This document shows positions 27,815 to 36,744 of a stretch of DNA of 64,000 nt, one piece after another. Both the position numbers and the translations under genes were made by a program. The notes below the pieces were generated by a model. It worked only from the letters and a program-made list of their open reading frames with translations, ran no database searches and was not told the DNA's origin. Location: positions 3,544-67,543 of the forward strand of contig JACQDT010000001.1 in assembly GCA_016200965.1 (NCBI GenBank). Reading direction: 5' to 3'. This stretch comes from Candidatus Azambacteria bacterium. Its GTDB lineage: Bacteria; Patescibacteriota; Minisyncoccia; GWC2-36-17; WO2-46-25. Position 1 is the first letter of the stretch, and every line of letters begins with the position of its first letter.

Positions 27815-28969
27815 TCAATGGCTTTCATCATGAACGATTACGCCTCCGCCAAGCACTGCATCGTCGTCATACGACGACTGCTCCGCTCTCTGCGTTCGCG
27901 GGTTGCCGTCATACGACGACTGCTCCGCTCTCTGCGTTCGCGGGTTGCCGTCATAAAACACAATGGACTGGCCGGGGGTCACCGCGCGCTGGGGTTCGTC
28001 AAATATCACGTGAAGCGCGGCGTCAACGAAGCATTTCTGCAACGGCTGGCGATATCGGATGCGCGCTTCACAACGTAATGGAAACTGCGGCGCGGTTCCC
28101 GATATCCAACTTACACCCCGCGCAATCAATTCGGTCTTATACAAATCGCCTTCTTTTATGTTTTCCGCAACATACAGCGTGTTATGCGCGAGATCTTTTT
28201 GGGCGACGTAATACGCCGTGCCTCCGCCGGGAGAGCCGATGCCATGACGCTGGCCAATGGTGTAAAACACCGCTCCCTGATGCTTGCCCACCTGCTTTCC
28301 CGCCGCAGTCAGCACCGGCCCCGGCTGGGCGGCGATTTGGCTTTTTAGAAAATCAAACACCTCCAGTTCACCCACGAAGCATACCCCCTGGCTTTCCTTT
28401 CTGTTGGCGTTTGACAAGCCGAATTCCCGCGCGAGCTCGCGCACATGCGACTTAATAAAACCGCCTATGGGAAAAAGCACATGCGCTAATTTTTTTTGTG
28501 TCAGTGTCCACAAAAAATATGACTGGTCTTTGTTCTTGTCCATGCCGGCAAATAACGAGTAGCCGCCAGCAAGTAGTTGAGTGCGCGCATAGTGCCCCGT
28601 TGCAATAAAATCCGCTCCCATTGAAAGCGCGCGGTCAAGAAAAATACCGAACTTGATTTCTTTATTGCACATCACATCGGGATTGGGCGTGATTCCTTCA
28701 CGGTACGAAGAGACCATGTAGTCCACGACTTTCTTTTTGTATTCCTCCTGGACATCCCATGTATAAAAAGGAATGCCAAGCACGGCGGCCGCCTTGCGCG
28801 CCTCTTCCTGGTCCGCGACCCACGGGCACATCGTCTTGTCCTTGAAGAACCGGCTGTCAGACCAGCCCTTCATGAATACGCCCGTAACGTCATATCCTTC
28901 TTTTTTCAGCAATGCCGCCGCGACGGAACTGTCCACGCCGCCGGACATCGCAACGAATATTTTTTGCAT
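27815..28969 (-). CDS. mnmA: tRNA-specific 2-thiouridylase MnmA, carrying two tandem 14-aa repeat insertions near the C-terminus
   Basis: PP-loop AMSGGVDSSVAA, plus the MnmA core and C-terminal beta-barrel. The sequence IVFYDG-[NPRTQRAEQSSYDG x2]-D-AVLGGGVI shows the insert. Confidence 0.85.
   Translation of the reverse strand: MQKIFVAMSGGVDSSVAAALLKKEGYDVTGVFMKGWSDSRFFKDKTMCPWVADQEEARKAAAVLGIPFYTWDVQEEYKKKVVDYMVSSYREGITPNPDVMCNKEIKFGIFLDRALSMGADFIATGHYARTQLLAGGYSLFAGMDKNKDQSYFLWTLTQKKLAHVLFPIGGFIKSHVRELAREFGLSNANRKESQGVCFVGELEVFDFLKSQIAAQPGPVLTAAGKQVGKHQGAVFYTIGQRHGIGSPGGGTAYYVAQKDLAHNTLYVAENIKEGDLYKTELIARGVSWISGTAPQFPLRCEARIRYRQPLQKCFVDAALHVIFDEPQRAVTPGQSIVFYDGNPRTQRAEQSSYDGNPRTQRAEQSSYDDDAVLGGGVIVHDESH
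27866..27949 (+). repeat. two tandem 42-bp intragenic repeat units, copies 2 and 3
   Basis: Two exact consecutive units, followed by a partial gtcata. In frame in mnmA. Confidence 0.9.
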
Positions 28970-29742
28970 ACCAAGTATATCAACTTCCAGAGCTCAACGC
29001 TTTCCGGCTGGATTTTGCGAAGCGTATGCTAATGATTTTGTGACTGTGTAGTGTTTTCATAAGGTATATAAGGCGTTGGGCGGCATGCGGTGTTCTTCTC
29101 TGTATTGCCATGACGAGCAACACGCGAACATACTGCTTTTTTGTTTTCAGTATGCGCTGCGCGGCATGGAGAGAAGAACACGCTGGAAGTTGTATTACTG
29201 GGCATAATCTTTTTATAAACCGAATGGCGTGAAAAGTCAAAAGCCATAAGGCAAAAAGAAGACCGGGAACTTTTTAGTCCCCGGCCTCTTTAAAATAATG
29301 TACTGCTATAAGTACGGGTTCCTCTGAGTGCTATCCGAGATCATCGGGGCTACGTCAGAGAGCCGCCATTGATATCCCAGCAATGATGTCCTATCGCCGG
29401 AAGATCCGCAAAGCTGATCGTCGCAAGCGCTATTTCCCTTCCGCCACGCCACACTGGCTATTGGCAGTTAGGACTATTACTCGGCTTATCCCATCGCCCC
29501 GGCCCCTTCATCAGGAACCGTTACGAAAGCAAAGTATCTCGCAAGGATCGAACTACCGGCTATGGCTGTACGCTCAATGTGCCTTTTGCAAAACAACCAG
29601 CGTTTCAGCCCACAGCTATATGAAGTAAAACCATTTTACCCAATGGCAAAAAAGTGTCAACGGCATAGTTTTCCACAGATGTGGATAACTACATTCTCCA
29701 CCCGCTAACATATTGCAAAAAAGCTGATAATCATGTAACATT

Positions 29743-30285
29743 TTGATGATTTTGGCGTCTTTACTAGCGCATGGAACCATGGCACATGACCCGAAGGAAT
29801 TCATCGACCTGTACGACCGTCACAGCGACGCGGTGTATCGCTTCATATTGTTTAAAGTGAGCGACCGCGAAGCCGCCTGGGATTTGACGCAGGATTGTTT
29901 TACAAAAACGTGGGAATACTGGCGCAGCGAAAAAGGAAGCGTATCCAATCAAAAGGCGTTCCTGTTCACTGTCGCCCGTAATCTTGTCATCGATCACTGG
30001 CGCGCCAGAGCGCGGACGCAGACCGTCAGTTTGGACGTGGACACGATAGATATTGCCGAGAAAGGTAACGGCACGCACGACCGGCTCGTCTTGAAAGATG
30101 AAACGCAATCGGTCATGAAACTCATCGGGAATCTGCCCGAAAGCGACCGCGAGATGCTGACGCTCCGCTACACCGAAGAACTTTCCTTTAAAGAGATCGC
30201 AAAGGTCACGGGAAAAAGCATTATCGCGGCGCGGGTGCACGCCCATCGCGCGCTTGGAAAGCTCAAACGAATGATCACGCCGTAA
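29743..30285 (+). CDS. RNA polymerase sigma factor, ECF (sigma-70 group 4) family
   Basis: Region 2 (DLTQDCFTKTWEYW) and region 4 (LTLRYTEELSFKEIAKVTGKSIIAARVHAHRALGKL). The real start may be the internal MAHDPKEF. Confidence 0.8.
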   Translation: MMILASLLAHGTMAHDPKEFIDLYDRHSDAVYRFILFKVSDREAAWDLTQDCFTKTWEYWRSEKGSVSNQKAFLFTVARNLVIDHWRARARTQTVSLDVDTIDIAEKGNGTHDRLVLKDETQSVMKLIGNLPESDREMLTLRYTEELSFKEIAKVTGKSIIAARVHAHRALGKLKRMITP

Positions 30286-30291
30286 ATAAAA

Positions 30292-31317
30292 ATGAAACAC
30301 CATCTTATCCGCATCCTGCATATCCTCCGCCACATCACGCCCGACGCAAAACAAAAGGCGGAATTTCGCCATGCGCTTGTGTTGCGCGTGCACGCAGATA
30401 CCGCGCACGAAAGAATGTCGCGGCGCGCAAAACCCTCATCCGTATTCTCGTTTTTCCGTCTTGCGCCCACTACGGCGGGCGTGATCGCCGCGGCTGTTAT
30501 CCTCGGAACCGGCGGCGTATCGTTTGCGGCCCAGAACGCGCTCCCGGGAGAACGCCTCTATCCCGTAAAGCTCGCGACGGAAAGAGCGCGCCTTGCCATG
30601 GTTGGCGACAAAGCAGAAAAAACAAAATTACGCCTCACTTTTGCTTCCCGCCGCCTTGATGAGGTGGATAAACTCATAGAAAAAAACGGAAACCAAAACG
30701 TAAACGCCGATGCCGCGCTCGCGCAATACGAGAAGGCGCTCAGCGAGAGCGAAAGCGCGCTTGAAGAAAATCAAGAAAAAGCATCCGAGATAGCGATAGC
30801 GATCAATGATGCCGCGGAGATACACCAGCGCGTCATCCAAAAACTCTCCGATAAGATAGAAAAACTGCCCTCCGCGGCGTCGCTTAAAGAACCCCTTGAA
30901 AATGCGCGGGAAAAAACGGAGGAAAGGGAAAACAGCGCGCTTATCGCCATTGTGTCTGCGACCTCCACGCAACCGGATCTTATTCCGGAAAGATTCGTGA
31001 AAAAATCCCGTGAGAAAGTACAAAAACGGGAACGGAACCTGCGCGAGGCGGCTCTTTCCGTTGAAAAAGCGATGTTAGAAGGCCGGGATGTGAAAGGTGC
31101 TGATGAAAAAATCAAAAACGCTCAATCCATCATCGACCGCGCGAGAGAAGATCTTGATAGAGGGGAAATCCGCGCCTCGCTGGAACAATCAATGGAAGCG
31201 GAGAAAATTACAAAAGAAATAAGAAGGTTTGAACGCAAGCGAGAGAGAGAAAAGGAGCGGGAAGAAAAAGAGACGGAATCTCGACGCAACGAAGATGCTC
31301 TTGATGAGAAGCATTAG
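30292..31317 (+). CDS. putative anti-sigma factor: membrane-spanning, with long charged coiled-coil extracytoplasmic domain (DUF5667-like)
   Basis: Immediately downstream of the ECF sigma gene. One TM helix (VIAAAVILGTGGVSFAA), then about 250 aa rich in E, K and R. Confidence 0.45.
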   Translation: MKHHLIRILHILRHITPDAKQKAEFRHALVLRVHADTAHERMSRRAKPSSVFSFFRLAPTTAGVIAAAVILGTGGVSFAAQNALPGERLYPVKLATERARLAMVGDKAEKTKLRLTFASRRLDEVDKLIEKNGNQNVNADAALAQYEKALSESESALEENQEKASEIAIAINDAAEIHQRVIQKLSDKIEKLPSAASLKEPLENAREKTEERENSALIAIVSATSTQPDLIPERFVKKSREKVQKRERNLREAALSVEKAMLEGRDVKGADEKIKNAQSIIDRAREDLDRGEIRASLEQSMEAEKITKEIRRFERKREREKEREEKETESRRNEDALDEKH

Positions 31318-32414
31318 CCGAATGTGAATGTAAACGCTTCAAGGCCGGGACTTTCCACAATCATTTCGAGTGTGTGCTCACCGTATTCCATATCCGCAAC
31401 GAGCTGATACAGTTCCTCGCCTTGCACAAATTTTGTGCCTTGAGATGTGCCGTCTTTAAAAATCTCAACCGTCACCCCGCCCTTCGCGTTCGCCACGAAA
31501 TAGACATTCTTTGCCTGATAGCGAAAGATAATTTTTGCGCCTGCGCTCCGGTTCTTCGCAAATTCATCCAAAAACTCCCACTCCCCCGTCAGGTACAGAG
31601 TATTCGTTTTGACGCGCTGCGGCTGCTCGAGCGTCTGCACGCCCTGCGTACCCGAATCCCCATTCCCAAGATAGGTGTTGCGCGCGGCGCCGAAATAGAT
31701 TTCGGGACTGCGCTCAAGCGAAAAGTCAACGTCCGCAACGCCCGTCGGTTTTGAAACATCTTTTGCAATTTCTCCCTCTACGCCGAGTACCGTCATGCGC
31801 TCTTCTAAAAGTTTTTGAATTTTCTGCTCCGTCTCTTCGTACGCTCCCTCGCCGGCGTGATCATACACAATATAGCCATCTATATCGATCAAATACTTTC
31901 TCGGCCAGAATCGGTTTTGATACGCATTCCATGTGGAAAAATCGTTATCAAGTACCACCGGATATTTGATTCCCAATCTCTTTGTCGCATCGAGAACATT
32001 TTGATAATTCTTTTCAAACTCAAACTCCGGCGTATGCATGCCGATAATAACGAAACCCTTGTCCTTATATTTTTCGTACCACGCGTTGAGATACGGCGTG
32101 GTCCTTTGGCAATTGATACAACTGTATGTCCAGAAGTCAACGAGAACCACTTTCTTTCCGATGAACTCCCCGATCGTAATCGGCTTTCCATCTGTGTTAA
32201 TAAAGCCATCGGGTGTCGTGATCTCTTTTGCAACCGGATAGCGATTTTGCTTTTCCTGCCTGCCGGCAGATAGGTCTTCTTTATGCACGGCTGTTTTTAC
32301 CTCTACCGTTCCCCCGATTATGGCGCGGGGAGGTTTTTGCGCGTTCAAATACACAATCGCGGCAATAACGACGCCGACAAGAGCGAATAACATTAACGTC
32401 TTTTTCGAAGTCAT
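31314..32414 (-). CDS. TlpA/ResA-like thiol-disulfide oxidoreductase with C-terminal extension
   Basis: N-terminal signal anchor. Thioredoxin fold with WTYSCINCQ (CxxC). Confidence 0.6.
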   Translation of the reverse strand: MTSKKTLMLFALVGVVIAAIVYLNAQKPPRAIIGGTVEVKTAVHKEDLSAGRQEKQNRYPVAKEITTPDGFINTDGKPITIGEFIGKKVVLVDFWTYSCINCQRTTPYLNAWYEKYKDKGFVIIGMHTPEFEFEKNYQNVLDATKRLGIKYPVVLDNDFSTWNAYQNRFWPRKYLIDIDGYIVYDHAGEGAYEETEQKIQKLLEERMTVLGVEGEIAKDVSKPTGVADVDFSLERSPEIYFGAARNTYLGNGDSGTQGVQTLEQPQRVKTNTLYLTGEWEFLDEFAKNRSAGAKIIFRYQAKNVYFVANAKGGVTVEIFKDGTSQGTKFVQGEELYQLVADMEYGEHTLEMIVESPGLEAFTFTFG

Positions 32415-32427
32415 CGGATTAAATGGT

Positions 32428-32500
32428 TTCTTTCTTTACCCCGTTAGTGATCCGCCCTGCCAAAGGCACGGCGTCAGCCGCCTCGGGGCGGCTTATCACT
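32428..32500. repeat. long hairpin overlapping the ccdA 3' end and the ccdA-tlpA intergenic gap
   Basis: ccccgttagtgatccgcc pairs with ggcggcttatcactaacgggg: a 13-bp perfect stem plus a 5-bp extension. Confidence 0.5.
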
Positions 32501-33271
32501 AACGGGGTTTACCGCGGTGGAAGCAAGATAGGAAAGAAACCCGGGGATAAGCGGCAACATACAGGGACTTAAGAATGATCCAACCCCGGCAAGAAACGAA
32601 ACTATGAAGTTAAAAATCGTCAGCGAGCTGATACCCTCGCCGATTGAGGTTACTAAATTCAGAGAAAGAAGAATATCGGTAAGAAACTGAAGATTTGCGA
32701 TACGGGAGAGAGTTCCTGTAAAAACAAACACGCCCATTGCGATGAGCACTGCCCCGAAAAAATACTGAAAGTAGAGAAGCTTCTTGCCCAAACGATTGAT
32801 GAGCGCCTGGGCCTGGTTCGTGAAAAGCCCGACCAAAAGGAATGGAATGCCGATTCCGAGCGTATAGGCGAAAAGCAGGAAAAACGCGCTCGATGCCGCT
32901 GTACTCGCAAGCGCCAAAATTGCGCCGAGCGCCACAGAAACGCACGGCGTCCAGCCAACGGCAAAGGCCGCGCCGAACACAAACGACGTCAGGTAGTGCG
33001 AATGGAACCGGCGCTTGACCGTGACGGTATGGCCGCGCTTCAGAAACGCCGGCGTAAAAAATCCAAGCAGAAAAAATCCGAACAGAATAATGATCACGCC
33101 GCCGATTCGGCCCAGCCATTCCTGAACCGTGTAGGAAGCGCTTGAAAGGACCGTCTGTAGCAGAACGCCGACCAGCGAGAATACGAGTGAAAAGCCCAGC
33201 ACAAAGAAAACGCTTGAGAGGAAAATGCTCCAATCGCGGCCGGGTTTTTCAGAAGACACTATTTGATCCAT
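32474..33271 (-). CDS. ccdA: cytochrome c-type biogenesis protein CcdA (DsbD transmembrane domain)
   Basis: FLAGVGSFLSPCMLPLIPGFLS and a second Cys-containing TM motif. Six or more TM helices. Confidence 0.8.
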   Translation of the reverse strand: MDQIVSSEKPGRDWSIFLSSVFFVLGFSLVFSLVGVLLQTVLSSASYTVQEWLGRIGGVIIILFGFFLLGFFTPAFLKRGHTVTVKRRFHSHYLTSFVFGAAFAVGWTPCVSVALGAILALASTAASSAFFLLFAYTLGIGIPFLLVGLFTNQAQALINRLGKKLLYFQYFFGAVLIAMGVFVFTGTLSRIANLQFLTDILLSLNLVTSIGEGISSLTIFNFIVSFLAGVGSFLSPCMLPLIPGFLSYLASTAVNPVSDKPPRGG

Positions 33272-33280
33272 GGGCTTGGT

Positions 33281-33880
33281 TTATCGAGCAATTGCTTTGT
33301 TAATTTCAGAAAGATACCGATCCTTTGACCATGAATCAGGCGCTTTTAGAATCTGCGTTCCTTTTTTCAGAAACACTTTCGTGTGCTGATAAGGAATGCC
33401 AAACGCCCGCGCAAGATTTTTTTCGTCGGCATCGGTGTCCGAATCGTTGTAGTTGACACGAAAGCCAATCACCTTGTCTGTGGTCAGCTCATTGAACGCA
33501 GACTGCATGACGGGAAACTCAAGCCGGCAAATCGGGCACCAGTTGGCATAGAAATACAGGACGATGAGCTTATCCGACGCTTTTGCCACGTCATAGTCCG
33601 GCTTGTTAAAATCAAGCACAAGCGCAGAAACTCCAGCCAAGATTTCTCCGGAGTATTTCACCATTGTCTCGTTCTTGCTCTCCAACGCTAAAGCTGTGGG
33701 GGACTTCTTTTCCATAGCTTCTCTGGCCATCCGGGCTTTCTCTTGCAAGGTGAAGGCTTTTTGGGATTGGAGAGCATAGAAGGCGGCACCCGCTATCACG
33801 AAGATCAAAACGATAATCGCAAGGTGTGCCAACAGCGCTATCCCCTGTGACGCATTATTCTTTTGCAATTTATTGACCAA
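33281..33880 (-). CDS. membrane-anchored thioredoxin-like protein (WCPIC active site)
   Basis: YFYANWCPICRLEFP thioredoxin motif. Paralogue of the upstream gene. Confidence 0.65.
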   Translation of the reverse strand: MVNKLQKNNASQGIALLAHLAIIVLIFVIAGAAFYALQSQKAFTLQEKARMAREAMEKKSPTALALESKNETMVKYSGEILAGVSALVLDFNKPDYDVAKASDKLIVLYFYANWCPICRLEFPVMQSAFNELTTDKVIGFRVNYNDSDTDADEKNLARAFGIPYQHTKVFLKKGTQILKAPDSWSKDRYLSEINKAIAR

Positions 33881-34619
33881 TCGCTTTGTTTATCTCCGTA
33901 AGGTAGCGTGCCTTATCCCATCCGTCGGGCGCTTTCAGAATTTGCTTTCCACTCTTCAGAAACACTTTCGTGTGCTGATAAGGAACGCCGAACTCGCGCG
34001 CGAGGTCTTTCTCATTGCTGTCGGTTTCGTTGTCGTTGTAACTGACCCGGAAAGCCACCACTTTATCCGTCGTCAGTTCGTTAAACGCCGCCTGCATCTG
34101 TGGGAATTCCGCTTTACAAATCGGGCACCAGTTGGCGTAGAAGTAAAGCACCACCAACTTGTCAGACGCTTTTGCGGCGTCGTAGTCCGGCTTGTTGAAA
34201 TCAAGAAGCGGCGCGGACTTTCCCGCAAGCACCGTGCCGGAGAACTTCAGCATCGCGGCTTCTGGCTTGACCATAGTTCCGTCGGGCTTAATCATTGTTC
34301 CATCGGGTTTGATCATCGTCCCATCAGGTTTCACCATGGTTCCATCTGGCTTAACAATGGTTCCGTCTGGTTTGACCATCGTGCCGTCTGTCTTAACCAT
34401 AGTGCCGTCGGGCTTAACCATTGTGCCGTCGGCTTTGACCACGGTGCCATCCGATAATGTCTTCTCACCTGTGGGCGCTTGCGGCGCTTGCGTGGTTGGG
34501 GCCGGTGACGGCTGTGTACGCGTGGCGAAATATCCGACTCCGGCAATGACCGCTAGAAGAGCAACTATTGCGATAATGATAGGCATCGCAAACCCTTTTT
34601 CTGCATTATTATTTTTCAT
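33870..34619 (-). CDS. membrane-anchored thioredoxin-like protein with nine PDGTMVK heptad repeats
   Basis: YFYANWCPICKAEFP motif. N-terminal signal anchor, then nine consecutive DGT(M/V/I)(V/I)K(P/A/T) heptads. Confidence 0.65.
   Translation of the reverse strand: MKNNNAEKGFAMPIIIAIVALLAVIAGVGYFATRTQPSPAPTTQAPQAPTGEKTLSDGTVVKADGTMVKPDGTMVKTDGTMVKPDGTIVKPDGTMVKPDGTMIKPDGTMIKPDGTMVKPEAAMLKFSGTVLAGKSAPLLDFNKPDYDAAKASDKLVVLYFYANWCPICKAEFPQMQAAFNELTTDKVVAFRVSYNDNETDSNEKDLAREFGVPYQHTKVFLKSGKQILKAPDGWDKARYLTEINKAIGQ
34263..34451 (-). repeat. nine 21-bp tandem repeats encoding the DGTMVKP heptads
   Basis: Direct repeats of ggcttaaccat(a/t)gtgccgtc-like units, visible in the DNA. Confidence 0.8.
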
Positions 34620-34681
34620 AAATGATATGAGTTAATCTTTAATCTGTGACCTTTACTCCAATATACACCGCGCAACAATAA

Positions 34682-34701
34682 ATGTAAAACTTACTTTACA
34701 T
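34682..34701. promoter_or_regulatory. palindromic operator ATGTAAAACTTACTTTACAT overlapping a TTTACA -35 element (minus-strand promoter of the thioredoxin-ccdA operon)
   Basis: Inverted repeat ATGTAAA/TTTACAT. On the minus strand, TTTACA, a 17-nt spacer and TATATT follow. The same architecture recurs at 35382-35401. Confidence 0.5.
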
Positions 34702-34786
34702 ATGCCTGTGGACAAAGCGGTTTCAAGGAAGGAGAAAGAGGCGGCGCGCGCCGCCTCTTCAATCTCCCCGCAATACTTTGTCAGAG

Positions 34787-35311
34787 TTAAAAAGCTCCGG
34801 CAACTGCAATTGCGGCAGGAAGCCCGCCGACCGGAGACGGCGTCAGGCCATTGATAGTGTCTTCAACCAACACCACGACAAGGTTTACACCCGCAGGCCC
34901 GAGGGTTATCGGGGATCCAGCGTTTGGACCCGTGGTAAATCCCGTGGCGCGAAACCGCATCTCGCCGTTGCCGCCATCGGAAAAGATAATACTGCCCTCG
35001 TTCGCCAGCGCCCCCAAAAAGGCCTTATCGCCGGTATCTGTGCGCACGAACCAAACACCGTAGAAGTGTCCCGAACCAAACAGTTGCGGAGGCAACTTTT
35101 CCGCTTTCACTTTCCCGGTCAATACCGTTCCTTCAAGCGCAATTTTTGCTTCTCCTGTTGCAGCCGGAGCAGCACCTCCCGGGACTGAAGCAAGATCCAC
35201 ATGAATCCCTGCCGCATAGGTGATCCCGAAAAGCAATCCAAACAGCGCGATCGAGGTTCCAAGAAATATCACTCCATAGGACGAATTCTTTATTTGTTGC
35301 GTCAAGTACAT
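34787..35311 (-). CDS. secreted hypothetical protein (Gly/Ala-rich, beta-rich)
   Basis: Signal-anchor N-terminus. No recognisable catalytic motif. Preceded by the duplicated operator/promoter. Confidence 0.4.
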   Translation of the reverse strand: MYLTQQIKNSSYGVIFLGTSIALFGLLFGITYAAGIHVDLASVPGGAAPAATGEAKIALEGTVLTGKVKAEKLPPQLFGSGHFYGVWFVRTDTGDKAFLGALANEGSIIFSDGGNGEMRFRATGFTTGPNAGSPITLGPAGVNLVVVLVEDTINGLTPSPVGGLPAAIAVAGAF

Positions 35312-35381
35312 AGCCTATAGTGTTTTAGTAAGTTACCAATACTCGACCTTTACTAAAACAGTGTATACACAACCACAACAA

Positions 35382-35401
35382 ATGTAAAGTTGACTTTACA
35401 T
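35382..35401. promoter_or_regulatory. second copy of the palindromic operator ATGTAAAGTTGACTTTACAT, with downstream conserved CCTTGTGGATAA box
   Basis: Shares a roughly 70-nt conserved architecture with 34650-34720: cctttact ... tatacac ... ATGTAAAG..CTTTACAT ... CCTGTGGA.AA. Confidence 0.5.
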
Positions 35402-35423
35402 TCCTTGTGGATAACTTTACACT

Positions 35424-35669
35424 TTATTCTGCCAGGGCACTGTCCAATTTCTGTTTATCAAATCCCAGGATAGTAACTCTTGATCCATCGTCTTTGGTCA
35501 TGACCGTAAACGGCACTCCCATTTGTCCTGACTCGGCTATCATTTCTTCAATGGCTTTCGGATCCTTGTCAACATAGATTTCCTCAAACGGTATTCCCTT
35601 GGACCCTAGGTATTCCGCTTCCATTTTGCAGTACGGACGGGTTGTTGTTTTGTATATTTTTATTGTCAT
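35424..35669 (-). CDS. glutaredoxin-fold small protein with single active-site Cys (RPYC)
   Basis: 81 aa. KIYKTTTRPYCKMEAEYL ... GVPFTV glutaredoxin/NrdH-like fold, with the first Cys of CPYC replaced by Arg. Confidence 0.55.
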   Translation of the reverse strand: MTIKIYKTTTRPYCKMEAEYLGSKGIPFEEIYVDKDPKAIEEMIAESGQMGVPFTVMTKDDGSRVTILGFDKQKLDSALAE

Positions 35670-35691
35670 ATAAAAAGGTTGGTTCTTTTTG

Positions 35692-36057
35692 TTAATATTT
35701 CACTCGACCGTAAAGTAACCCGACAATTTTTGCCAAAATCATTACCCCTAATGTAACCGCGAGCCAAGCATCAAGTTCGTGTCTAAAGCTTTGAATGATA
35801 ATAGCGGTTACCAGCGTAGCCGTGCCGGCCAGAAAAGCAATGCGACCCGCCATCATTTTATGAAGACCTTCTCTCTCGTCTTTTGCGTTCTCTCTCCAAA
35901 TGAAGCTTGCAAACAGACTGAAGAGCACCACCAATCCCAGCACCATCATCATCAATAAAATGGGGGGCATCCAAAGCTCAAAGGGATTGAGGAATAAAAC
36001 GAGCAATGCGATCAGTACCCCAGACACAATGATTTCTTGCAAAAAGTTATTTTTCAT
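35692..36057 (-). CDS. small 3-4 TM membrane protein, co-transcribed with the XRE regulator
   Basis: Hydrophobic 121-aa ORF overlapping the stop of the upstream HTH gene. Classic pairing of an XRE regulator with a small membrane protein. Confidence 0.4.
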   Translation of the reverse strand: MKNNFLQEIIVSGVLIALLVLFLNPFELWMPPILLMMMVLGLVVLFSLFASFIWRENAKDEREGLHKMMAGRIAFLAGTATLVTAIIIQSFRHELDAWLAVTLGVMILAKIVGLLYGRVKY

Positions 36058-36295
36058 ATTTGATAGAGAAAATTTCTTCTACAGATATTGGTTTTTTTCC
36101 ACCGGAGGCGGATCCGCCTTCGGCGGAGAAAAACTTTGCCATTTTAAGCGCCAAAAGCACCAAGGGAGTGTAATTCCCCTTCTCAATCGCGATAATTGTC
36201 TGGCGCGTTACGCCAACCGCATGGGCCAACTCTTCTTGGGTGATGCCGGTTTTTGTTCGTAATTCGTACACCTGATTCTTGATAATTTCTTTCAT
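36047..36295 (-). CDS. XRE-family helix-turn-helix transcriptional regulator
   Basis: [45 protein letters not shown] is a YozG/Cro-C1-type HTH. The C-terminus contains the in-frame palindromic element that encodes [10 protein letters not shown]. Confidence 0.75.
   Translation of the reverse strand: MKEIIKNQVYELRTKTGITQEELAHAVGVTRQTIIAIEKGNYTPLVLLALKMAKFFSAEGGSASGGKKPISVEEIFSIKYEK
36099..36126. repeat. 28-bp GC-rich near-perfect palindrome ccaccggaggcggatccgccttcggcgg, in frame inside the XRE regulator gene
   Basis: Self-complementary around a central GGATCC. Second copy at 38018-38045. Confidence 0.8.
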
Positions 36296-36358
36296 ACATA
36301 TACTGATATGGTGCAGTATACATACTGAATGGTCAGAATGTCAAACATGCTTTACATC

Positions 36359-36387
36359 TTGACAGCAGATATTGGCAAAACTATACT
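36359..36387 (+). promoter_or_regulatory. sigma70-type promoter for arsR (TTGACA, 17-bp spacer, TATACT) embedded in the inverted repeat TGTCAA-N14-TTGACA
   Basis: Consensus -35 and near-consensus -10 about 35 nt upstream of the ArsR start. The -35 forms an inverted repeat with TGTCAA at 36339. Confidence 0.5.
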
Positions 36388-36420
36388 ATTAAGTAGTTTC
36401 ATAATTACTTAAGTATCACT

Positions 36421-36744
36421 ATGTTAACCAAAAAGCAAATAACCGAAGTCAAAGCGGGGCTGGGGACCAACACCGCCGGCTTTCCCTTGGTATTTGCGGC
36501 GCTCGGCGATTCCCGCCGATTCCATATCTTCAGATTACTTATGAAACATCATGATATCTGTGTGACCGATGTCGCCCGCGTGTTTGGCATGAGCGTCTCC
36601 GCCGCCTCGCAACAGCTGCGCGTGCTTGAACGGGTCGGCCTCGTGCTAAAAACGCGGATGGGCCAGATGGTGTGCTATGAGATCAATCAAGAAAATATCA
36701 TCGCGAAACAATTGGTCGCATTATTAAAAAAGTCAGATAAATGA
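36421..36744 (+). CDS. ArsR/SmtB-family metalloregulatory transcriptional repressor
   Basis: HIFRLLMKHHDICVTDVARVFGMSVSAASQQLRVLERVGLV winged-helix HTH typical of ArsR. Confidence 0.8.
   Translation: MLTKKQITEVKAGLGTNTAGFPLVFAALGDSRRFHIFRLLMKHHDICVTDVARVFGMSVSAASQQLRVLERVGLVLKTRMGQMVCYEINQENIIAKQLVALLKKSDK

Noticed and set aside
29250-29742. tmRNA, RNase P RNA, SRP RNA or tRNA in the long mnmA-sigma intergenic region
   Set aside because: I searched by eye for the conserved ends GGGG...CCACCA / T-arm GGTTCGAAUCC, the RNase P GGAAAGUCCGG motif and the SRP GGAAGGAAGCAGC motif. None were found. The region is left as an unassigned structured region.
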